Made by a program: the position numbers and the translations under genes. Under the pieces are notes generated by a model. The model saw only the letters and a list, made by a program, of their open reading frames with translations. It searched no databases and was not told where the DNA came from. Below, piece after piece: positions 16,547 to 23,686 of a DNA stretch of 64,000 nucleotides. The first letter of the stretch is position 1. Every line of letters starts with the position of its first letter. Origin of the DNA: an uncultured Gammaproteobacteria bacterium (GTDB taxonomy: Bacteria; Pseudomonadota; Gammaproteobacteria; Arenicellales; CAJQKF01); assembly GCA_965652415.1 (NCBI GenBank), contig CBFGVH010000002.1, positions 17,325-81,324 of the forward strand, written 5' to 3'.

Positions 16547-17251
16547 ATGGCACTCGATCCGACCAACGACCTGTTCGAGGATCTCTACGAACCCACCAAG
16601 ATCTACCTGTTCGGGAAGCGATTCCAGAGCCTGTCGTTCAATATCGGTGACCTCGCGCTGACGCCGTACGCTCCATCGGACAAGGTGCCGAAAGAGCGTG
16701 ATGTTCCCATGCCGCCCCCACGGTGGGAACGAAGCCTGCGACGGCTCAGGGTGGACCAGGATGACGACAAGTGTCCGGACGCCGCGCAGCTGGCCCGTAT
16801 CTACAGCTTCTCGTTCGAGGGGCATTACTACAAGCTGCCGAAGCCGGTGATATACCTCGTCTGGGGCGAAGGCGAAGTACCGGAAGACGTTCCGACCGAA
16901 ACCGGTATTGCTCCTCCCCGCCGCGGAGTAGTCCCCGTTCGTGGCGCCGGAGATCCAACCTTCTTCACCGTGAATACCGGCATCGAGGGCAAGGCGTTCC
17001 GCTTCGCCTCCGACATCCGCGTCTGGAAGATGGACTGCCAGGACATGTCGGTGGCCATCGATCTCGAGGTCGGCGACATGAAGGACATCCTGCTGGCCCG
17101 CGTGATCGAGGAGCAGGAAGGCATGCGCGCCGCGGCTTCGTCGCGGGCGGCCGCTTCGTCGCGGGCCGCGGCGGCATCGCGGGCCGCAGCCGCATCGCGC
17201 GCAGCGGCGAGCTTCCGCGCCGCCATGATCGGCCCGCACCACGAGGACTGA
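16547..17251 (+). CDS. hypothetical protein with a C-terminal tandem hexapeptide repeat RAAA(A/S)S x5-6
   Basis: SD AGAGGTGGAAGA precedes the ATG. Strong third-position G/C bias in this frame. The C-terminus reads MRAAASS RAAASS RAAAAS RAAAAS RAAASF RAAMIGPHHED. I do not recognise the N-terminal 190 aa. Confidence 0.6.
   Translation: MALDPTNDLFEDLYEPTKIYLFGKRFQSLSFNIGDLALTPYAPSDKVPKERDVPMPPPRWERSLRRLRVDQDDDKCPDAAQLARIYSFSFEGHYYKLPKPVIYLVWGEGEVPEDVPTETGIAPPRRGVVPVRGAGDPTFFTVNTGIEGKAFRFASDIRVWKMDCQDMSVAIDLEVGDMKDILLARVIEEQEGMRAAASSRAAASSRAAAASRAAAASRAAASFRAAMIGPHHED
17126..17233 (+). repeat. 18-bp tandem repeat, five good units plus one degenerate, in frame within the 16547-17251 CDS
   Basis: Units read directly: CGCGCCGCGGCTTCGTCG / CGGGCGGCCGCTTCGTCG / CGGGCCGCGGCGGCATCG / CGGGCCGCAGCCGCATCG / CGCGCAGCGGCGAGCTTC / CGCGCCGCCATGATCGGC. 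Confidence 0.85.
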
Positions 17252-17439
17252 TCCCTTCCCCGGCGGCCGGCCCGCCAAGCGCATGCCGGCCGTGCCTTGT
17301 TCATGATCCCGGCTCGACCCGGGCGACAGGCGTTCGCTTGAGGCATTCTCCGCGCCGATTGCTTACAATCGACACACGTGTTCCGGCGCTCCGGCGCCGG
17401 AGCATCGTCGACGTGTTACGCCTTTAAGGAGAACGCCAG

Positions 17440-18258
17440 ATGCCCAATGCCCGCCGGCTCGTCGTCGCGCTGTCCGTCTCGCTGGTGATCGCGCTCGGCG
17501 CCGCGCCGGCCGCTGCTGCCGTGTCCATGCAGGTGTCGGACGGCATCGCGTCAATGCTCGACGGCGACGGACGACCGTTCGCCGGTGTTCGGGTCGACGT
17601 CATTTCCGCCGACGGCACCTTCGCCCGCCAGGGCACGACGGACGGCTCCGGTGGTATCTGCCTGCTGGCCGAGGGCGCCGCCGCACCGTCCGGACGGACC
17701 GACTGTATTATGCTTCCCAATGGCGAGTACCGGGTGTTCGTGGGCGAGGAGCAGCCAATCCGGATCTCGGTTGGCGCCGGAGCGGTCCGACCCTCCGGCC
17801 AGCAGGCGGAACCCGCGAGCGAGGAGAAGCCGCGCTCGCGAACCGCGTTGTGGGCCGGCGCCGCGGTGCTCGCGGTCGCCGGGCTGGCCGGCGGTGGTGG
17901 CGGCGGCGGATCCTCGGACGATGAACCGGACGAACCGGTAGACGTGGTCCGCGTCTCGGTGACGCCGCAGATGCTGACCGGAAGTTTCGAGCTCGGCACC
18001 AGCCCCTGTCCCACCACCATCGGCGACCTGTCCGTAGAGAACACCGGCGACGTCGCCGCACGGGTGACGGTGGTTCCCATCGAGGGCATCTCCACCACCG
18101 GCCAGGGGCAGTCGGTCGAGCCGGGAGACTCGGCCACGGTGACGGTTCTTTACAACTGCCTCGTGGTCGCGGCCATCGCCGGCACCATCGAGGTCGGACT
18201 GACCGACGACGGGCAGTCGGACAGCGACACCATCGAGATCCTCGTCGACTTCCAGTAG
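17440..18258 (+). CDS. secreted/membrane-anchored hypothetical protein with a carboxypeptidase-regulatory-like N-terminal domain
   Basis: - Signal peptide: MPNARRLVVALSVSLVIALGAAPAAAA.
- GVRVDVISADGTFARQGTTDGSGGICL...LPNGEYRVFV resembles a CarboxypepD_reg fold.
- Internal hydrophobic segment ALWAGAAVLAVAGLAGGGGGGGSSDDEPDEP.
- AAGGAGA SD upstream. Confidence 0.55.
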   Translation: MPNARRLVVALSVSLVIALGAAPAAAAVSMQVSDGIASMLDGDGRPFAGVRVDVISADGTFARQGTTDGSGGICLLAEGAAAPSGRTDCIMLPNGEYRVFVGEEQPIRISVGAGAVRPSGQQAEPASEEKPRSRTALWAGAAVLAVAGLAGGGGGGGSSDDEPDEPVDVVRVSVTPQMLTGSFELGTSPCPTTIGDLSVENTGDVAARVTVVPIEGISTTGQGQSVEPGDSATVTVLYNCLVVAAIAGTIEVGLTDDGQSDSDTIEILVDFQ

Positions 18259-18283
18259 GTTTCGCCAGCCATGCGGAGCCGAA

Positions 18284-19489
18284 TCATTCGTCGCGAATCG
18301 CCTCGGCCGGCGACACCCGCGCGGCTAGTCGCGCCGGCCACCACGAGAACAACGCCCCAAGCAGCAGCGCCACCAGTGTCGGTGCCAGCACGCTGATCCA
18401 GCCCGGCTGCGGCGTCAATGGCAATCGCGGCCCGGCGAGGGCGGTCAGCACGTGAGCGGCGACGGTTCCGACAACGCCCGCGGCCAGTGTCACCACCGCC
18501 GCCTCGACCACGAACAGTGCTGATACCTGGCTCCTGCGCGCGCCCAGCGAAAGCCTGAGCCCGATTTCCGGTATCCGCTCGCGAACGTTCAGCACCATCA
18601 GGCTCATCAGCGTGGTGCCGCCCAGCACCAGGCACAGCAGCGCCACGGTGCCGACCCCCAGCACCACCGCGCGGCGCAGCGACTCGAGGTCGGCTACCAG
18701 CCGGCGCGCGGTCACCCAGCTCAATTCGCCGGCATTGACGCCCGGTTGCGCCAACAGGCGGCCGAGACGCCGCGCGAGGCTCTCGGCATCGCCTCCACCT
18801 GCGACGAGGATTTGTTCCACGCGACGGCCGCGGGCGCCGGGCAGGCCTCGGGCCGCCGCCGCCGACGACCACGGGACCAGCACGAAACGCTCGCCGAGGG
18901 TGCGCCCCCGGACGCCGTCGCCGGCATTGGCGGCCGGCGCGTCCACCACGCCCACGATGGTGAACGGGACGTCGTCCAGCATCGCGATGCTCCCCGTTCG
19001 CCAGTCGAAATCGCGGGCCAGCGCACGACTCGCCAGCGCCACGCGGCCCTGCTCGCGAACGTCGCGCGCATCGAGGTTGCGGCCATCGATAATGGTCCAG
19101 CCGCGCATGGGGACCAGCTCCGCGTCGGTGGCGATCACGGTCAGCGGGTTGTCCCGCCCGAGCATCTCCGAGCGGTAGTGAGTGAGCGTAGCGACATCGA
19201 CCCCCTGGAAATTGCGGCGAACGAGATCGGCATGCTGGATGCCCAGGCCGTCTGCCGATCCATCGAGCGCGTCTTCGCGCCCGATGGACACGACATCGGC
19301 GCCGAACTCGGCGGTGACGGCGTCGATCCGCTGTTGCAGGGCGGTCACCACGAGAACCAGGATCGCAAATGCCATGACGCCGACTGCGACCGCGAACGCG
19401 GCCAGGGCATGGCGCCCGCCGTGCCCTCTGAAGCCTTCGGCGAGGTCGCTTGCGAGCCGCGCGCCGCGCATCGGCAGCGGGGTCAACAT
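18284..19489 (-). CDS. ABC transporter permease, FtsX/MacB type
   Basis: 401 aa. N-terminal TM helix, a large periplasmic domain, then three C-terminal TM helices (MacB/FtsX topology). Overlaps the upstream ATPase gene by 7 nt. Confidence 0.85.
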   Translation of the reverse strand: MLTPLPMRGARLASDLAEGFRGHGGRHALAAFAVAVGVMAFAILVLVVTALQQRIDAVTAEFGADVVSIGREDALDGSADGLGIQHADLVRRNFQGVDVATLTHYRSEMLGRDNPLTVIATDAELVPMRGWTIIDGRNLDARDVREQGRVALASRALARDFDWRTGSIAMLDDVPFTIVGVVDAPAANAGDGVRGRTLGERFVLVPWSSAAAARGLPGARGRRVEQILVAGGGDAESLARRLGRLLAQPGVNAGELSWVTARRLVADLESLRRAVVLGVGTVALLCLVLGGTTLMSLMVLNVRERIPEIGLRLSLGARRSQVSALFVVEAAVVTLAAGVVGTVAAHVLTALAGPRLPLTPQPGWISVLAPTLVALLLGALFSWWPARLAARVSPAEAIRDE

Positions 19490-20154
19490 GGTCGCGCATC
19501 CGCGCCGGTGAAGGCGCCGTCGACAAGTTTCATGTGGCGCGAGCCGTGGCGCAGCAAGTCGAGGTTGTGAGTCGCCATGAGGATGGTCATGCCGTCCTGG
19601 TGGAGGCGGCCGAAGACCTCCATCACCCGGCGCGCCGCCTCGCGGTCGAGGTTTCCGGTCGGTTCGTCGGCCACCAGCAGCCTCGGACTCGCGGCGATGG
19701 CGCGGGCGATCGCCACGCGCTGCATCTCACCGCCCGAAAGCACCCGCGCCGGGCGATCCGACAATGCGTCGATACCGACCCTGGCGAGCGCTTCGCGCGC
19801 CAGGCGTTCGGCGTCGCCGCGGGCACGGTCGGTGTAACGAAACCTGAACATGACATTCTCCAGCACGCTGCGCCGCGGCAGCAGCGCGTAGCGCTGGAAC
19901 ACGATGCCCACGGCGCGCGCACGCGCCAGGCTCAACGCGCGTTCGCTCGAGCGGGAGAGGTCCTCGCCCATGAACGCCAGGGCGCCGGCCGTGGGCGCGT
20001 CGAGCAGCGCCGACAGGTGCAGCAGCGTGCTCTTGCCCGAGCCGGACGGCCCGGTCACCATGACGAATTCACCCGCGTCGATGACGAGATCGACGCCCCG
20101 CAGCGCCTCGACCCGGGCGTGCCCCGATCCGAATGCCTTGCGTACGCCGTCCAT
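19483..20154 (-). CDS. ABC transporter ATP-binding protein (MacB/LolD-like)
   Basis: 223 aa from ATG 20152-20154. Motifs: Walker A GPSGSGKST, signature LSGGEMQR, Walker B LLVADEPT. An in-frame TTG at 20173-20175 would overlap the adaptor stop (TTGA). The rest of the 620-aa track ORF is out-of-frame read-through over the adaptor gene. Confidence 0.9.
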   Translation of the reverse strand: MDGVRKAFGSGHARVEALRGVDLVIDAGEFVMVTGPSGSGKSTLLHLSALLDAPTAGALAFMGEDLSRSSERALSLARARAVGIVFQRYALLPRRSVLENVMFRFRYTDRARGDAERLAREALARVGIDALSDRPARVLSGGEMQRVAIARAIAASPRLLVADEPTGNLDREAARRVMEVFGRLHQDGMTILMATHNLDLLRHGSRHMKLVDGAFTGADARPC

Positions 20155-20171
20155 GGCGAGCACCGGGGCGG

Positions 20172-21404
20172 TCAATCCACGACCACCCGGTCGCCGGGCG
20201 CGAGGCCCGCGACCACCTCGTAGTGGGTGAGGTTGGCTCGGCCGACTGAAACCTCGCGCCACTCGGGCGTGCCGTCGACGAGAACGCGGGCTCGCGGTTC
20301 GCCGCCGCCGAAGCGCACGGCGCGGCGCGGCACCAGCACGGCGTCTTCGGCGAAATACGATTGCACCTGTACCACCACCGACATGCCGGGCCGGATTCGC
20401 GGGTCGTTCGTCTCGATGCGCACCACGACGTGGAAGAACTTCTGCCGGTCGGGCTTGCCGGGGACCGACTGCGCCACGGCACCGACCGTTTCCACGTGTC
20501 CGTCGAAGCGCAGGTCCGGATAGGCCAGCGGCTGAACCAGCGCGGGAGCGCCGTGCGCCACTGTGTTGAGTTCCGCCTCGGGTACGTCGAGCACGGCCAC
20601 CAGGTCGGACATGTCGGGCAGGATCATGAACGGCTGGTTCGGGTACAGCGTGTCGCCGACGCGAACCCGCCTGAACTCGTTGCCGATGCCGAGCGGCTTG
20701 TAGACGACGACGCCGCCGGCTGGAGCGCGGATCACCGAGCTGGCGAGCTGCTCGCGGGCCACGGCGAGCGACTGCTCCGCCGAGGCCACGGTCGTTCGCG
20801 CCTTGGCCAATGCCGCCGGGTGCAGGTAGTCCCGGGTCAGCCTGTATTCGAGCTCGGCCTTGTCCACCTCGGCATCGAGGCTCGCCACCTTGCGCCGCTG
20901 CTGCTCGACCTCCTGGGCCGACAGCATGCGGTCGCGCATCAGGGCCTCGGAGTCGTCGAGGTAGGCGCGCTCGGCGTCGCGCTTGCGGCGGGACTCGTCG
21001 AGAGCCAGTTCGAGTTCCTTGAGTTCCAGCGGCAGGCGGGCGTGCTCGAGACTCTCGAGTTCGCTGCGGGCGATGGCCAGTTCCTGCTCCAGCTTCATGA
21101 TGCGGGCCCGGATCTCGCTGGCGTCGAACCGGGCGAGGACGTCGCCGGGGGCGACGGTGGCGCCCTCCTCCACCAGTTCGACCAGCGTGGCCGGGCCCTG
21201 GAAGCGCGAGGCCACGCTGACCATGTGACGCGACTCGATCACGCCGTCGTGGGCGCTGAGCACGGACAGCTCGCCGCGGGTGACCATCGTGGTGGAGACA
21301 TCGGCGGGCAGGTCGCGTGTCGTGGTGGTGTCCCTGAACGACCACGCCAGGGTGGCAGCGCCGGCGGCGAGTACGAGCACTGCGAGCCAGCGCACGGCGC
21401 TCAT
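20172..21404 (-). CDS. HlyD/MacA-family periplasmic adaptor subunit
   Basis: 410 aa. N-terminal anchor MSAVRWLAVLVLAAGAATLA, a long coiled-coil hairpin, then beta-barrel and MP domains. ATGA overlap with the upstream TolC-family gene. Confidence 0.85.
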   Translation of the reverse strand: MSAVRWLAVLVLAAGAATLAWSFRDTTTTRDLPADVSTTMVTRGELSVLSAHDGVIESRHMVSVASRFQGPATLVELVEEGATVAPGDVLARFDASEIRARIMKLEQELAIARSELESLEHARLPLELKELELALDESRRKRDAERAYLDDSEALMRDRMLSAQEVEQQRRKVASLDAEVDKAELEYRLTRDYLHPAALAKARTTVASAEQSLAVAREQLASSVIRAPAGGVVVYKPLGIGNEFRRVRVGDTLYPNQPFMILPDMSDLVAVLDVPEAELNTVAHGAPALVQPLAYPDLRFDGHVETVGAVAQSVPGKPDRQKFFHVVVRIETNDPRIRPGMSVVVQVQSYFAEDAVLVPRRAVRFGGGEPRARVLVDGTPEWREVSVGRANLTHYEVVAGLAPGDRVVVD

Positions 21405-22810
21405 TGGAGCGCCTCCGGGGCGAGCATCGCCGGGTACTCGATCAGCACGCCGATGGTGTGCAGGAACCTCCAGGCCGCCAGCGTCGCATCGGTCTCGCCC
21501 GCCAGCAGGCGGCTCTCGGCATCCAGGTACGCCTCCTCGGCGTCGGTCACGGAGAAGTTGTCGGTGCGACCGCTCTCGAACAGGCGGCGCGCAAGTTCCA
21601 GCCGCGCCGAGGCGTGATCGAGATTCGACTCGAAGGTGGCCAGATCCGCGCGCGCGCGCCGGTAGGCGAGCATGGACTGGCGCACCTCGCGCGAGATCCC
21701 GAGTTGCACCACCCGGATCCGCTGCTCGGCCGACACCTCCTCCAGCCTCGCCTGCTCGAGGTCGATGCGCGCCGCCCGGTCGTTGAGATCGGTTTCGCCC
21801 CGCACCCCCACGAACCAGCGGCTGCGGTCGCCGCCGAAGAACGTCAGCGGCTTGTCGGCGCGCTCGTAGCGGCCGGTCAGGGTGACGTCCGGCAGGAGCA
21901 GGTTCTCCGCGATGCGGGCCCCGCGCACGGCGTCGTCGCGATCCTGCAGGGCCTGGGCATAGTCGAGACGATTATCCAGCGCGCGCTCGACCGCCTCGTG
22001 GGAGGTCGGCAGGTCGATGGAAAAGATCCCCGTCGGTTCCAGTGCCAGAACGATGTCCGGGTCCAGCCCCAGCAGTTCGGCCAGCGCCTGCCGCTCGGAT
22101 TCGAGCCGTTCCGTATTGGCCGCAAGGCGCGAGCGCGCCAGTCCCTGCTGCAGCTCGACGCGCAGCGAATCGATGCGCGTCGAGCGCCCCAGAGCCTCCT
22201 TGGCGCGGGTGCTGCGCAGCAGCTCCTCGGCGCGATCGAGCGACTCGCGGTCGGCGGCCACCTGGCGCTCGAAGCGCAGTATGCTCTCGTAGGATTCGAT
22301 GACGTCGAGAACCAGGTCGGAGCGGCGCGCGAAGTACAGTCGTTCGCTGCGGCGCAGCGCGCTAGTCGCGCGCACCACCGGCTCTTCGTTGACCAGGCGG
22401 CCGAAGCGCCGGAACAGCGGCTGGTTGAACTCGATGGCAAGCCGCGCGCGGCGGCCGAGGGAACGGTCGAAATCGTCGCTGGTCACGGTCGCGGACAGGC
22501 GCGCGCCGGTGCCGAAGCGCTTCGACGTCTCGAGCCCGTAGCGAGACGTGGTTTCGTCGTCGAGGGTCCCGATTTCCAGCACGGGCCGCACCTCGATATC
22601 GAAGCTGGACTCGGCCCGTTCCACTGCCAGGCTCGCGCCCTTGACGTCGAGAATATCCAGTACCAGCGAACGGTTCTGCCAGACGGCCAGCTCGATGGCA
22701 CGGTCGAGATCGAGACGGTAGGGTTGCGCCGCGGCAACCGATTGCCCCGCCGCGAGACACGAGATCGCCAGGGCGGCGATCGAGCGGGACAGCACGTTTG
22801 TTGGGCGCAT
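21401..22810 (-). CDS. TolC-family outer membrane efflux protein
   Basis: Start chosen at ATG 22808-22810, giving signal peptide MRPTNVLSRSIAALAISCLAAGQSVAAAQ. Two repeated TolC-type coiled-coil/beta halves. Confidence 0.85.
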   Translation of the reverse strand: MRPTNVLSRSIAALAISCLAAGQSVAAAQPYRLDLDRAIELAVWQNRSLVLDILDVKGASLAVERAESSFDIEVRPVLEIGTLDDETTSRYGLETSKRFGTGARLSATVTSDDFDRSLGRRARLAIEFNQPLFRRFGRLVNEEPVVRATSALRRSERLYFARRSDLVLDVIESYESILRFERQVAADRESLDRAEELLRSTRAKEALGRSTRIDSLRVELQQGLARSRLAANTERLESERQALAELLGLDPDIVLALEPTGIFSIDLPTSHEAVERALDNRLDYAQALQDRDDAVRGARIAENLLLPDVTLTGRYERADKPLTFFGGDRSRWFVGVRGETDLNDRAARIDLEQARLEEVSAEQRIRVVQLGISREVRQSMLAYRRARADLATFESNLDHASARLELARRLFESGRTDNFSVTDAEEAYLDAESRLLAGETDATLAAWRFLHTIGVLIEYPAMLAPEALQ

Positions 22811-23089
22811 CGACGAACCGGAACACGATGGAGTAATGATTCGGCGCGGCGGCGCCGGCGATGTCAGGACCGATCGGGTCGCGCTGTCCATGTCGCGCCA
22901 CATCGGCCGCTTCAATCATACCGGGCGAGGCAGGCACGGGAAAGGATGCGCCGATGCTTGCGGCAGCGTCGCAAAAAACACTCTGCCGGGCTTTACCTTC
23001 TTGATTATCCGATGATTTCTGATAACCTTGGGCGGCATAACAAAACCTGCTCATCGTACTTCTGAACGCCCACCGGGAGGAATCGCGCA

Positions 23090-23677
23090 ATGACCCACAA
23101 AGGATGCCTGAAAACCGCCCTGGCACTGACCGCGGCGCTGGGCGCGTCGAGTGCGGCGGCAGATGATTTCACGTGGTTCGGGCAGCGAGCCGACGGCAAC
23201 TGGCTGGCCGGCGCGAAGGTCGAATCGGTGAGTCACGGGCGGGGCGGCTACGACGACGCCTCGGGCCTCGGCCTTCTGTTCGGATACGAGTTCTCGCGTC
23301 CGATCGGCCTCGACGGAACTTCCAGCGTCGAACTCGAATTCACCGACACGCTCGAGGAAGGCGACGTCGGCAGCGACAGCATCTTCGGCACCGGAGGTGA
23401 ATGGGACAGCGAGAACCTGGCGCTGTTCTTCACCTACCGTACCCCCGGCAACGTCTACTTCAAGGGCAAGATCGGCGCGCTTCGTTCGGAGGTCACCACC
23501 CGCCTCGACGGTGTGCCGGGCGTCACCGAGCAGGACACCAGTTTCGCCTACGGCGCGGGGCTGGGGCTGAAACTGGGACAGACCGGGAACTTCAACCTGG
23601 AACTGGAATTCGTCGGCACCAGCGGCGACAACGACCTCTCGATCATCTCCCTCGGCGGCCTGTACAAGTTTCGCTGA
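23090..23677 (+). CDS. small outer-membrane beta-barrel protein
   Basis: Signal peptide MTHKGCLKTALALTAALGASSAAA, alternating amphipathic beta strands, and an aromatic C-terminus (GGLYKFR). Confidence 0.7.
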   Translation: MTHKGCLKTALALTAALGASSAAADDFTWFGQRADGNWLAGAKVESVSHGRGGYDDASGLGLLFGYEFSRPIGLDGTSSVELEFTDTLEEGDVGSDSIFGTGGEWDSENLALFFTYRTPGNVYFKGKIGALRSEVTTRLDGVPGVTEQDTSFAYGAGLGLKLGQTGNFNLELEFVGTSGDNDLSIISLGGLYKFR

Positions 23678-23686
23678 CGCGCCGCG

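Noticed and set aside
16512-16661. 49-aa Cys/Ser/Thr-rich ORF (MTAAPHAAEVEEWHSIRPTTCSRISTNPPRSTCSGSDSRACRSISVTSR), tempting as a classical YcaO precursor peptide.
   Set aside because: It overlaps the 5' end of the 16547 ORF in another frame and has no SD. Third-position G/C bias clearly favours the 16547 frame. Ser/Arg/Thr/Cys richness is what the +1 frame of GC-rich coding DNA produces. It deserves a look in MS data only.
19483-21345. 620-aa ORF upstream-extended from the ABC ATPase.
   Set aside because: The ATPase homology begins at MDGVRKAFG (ATG 20154). The extension overlaps the HlyD-family gene out of frame and is Arg/Pro/Gly-rich junk.
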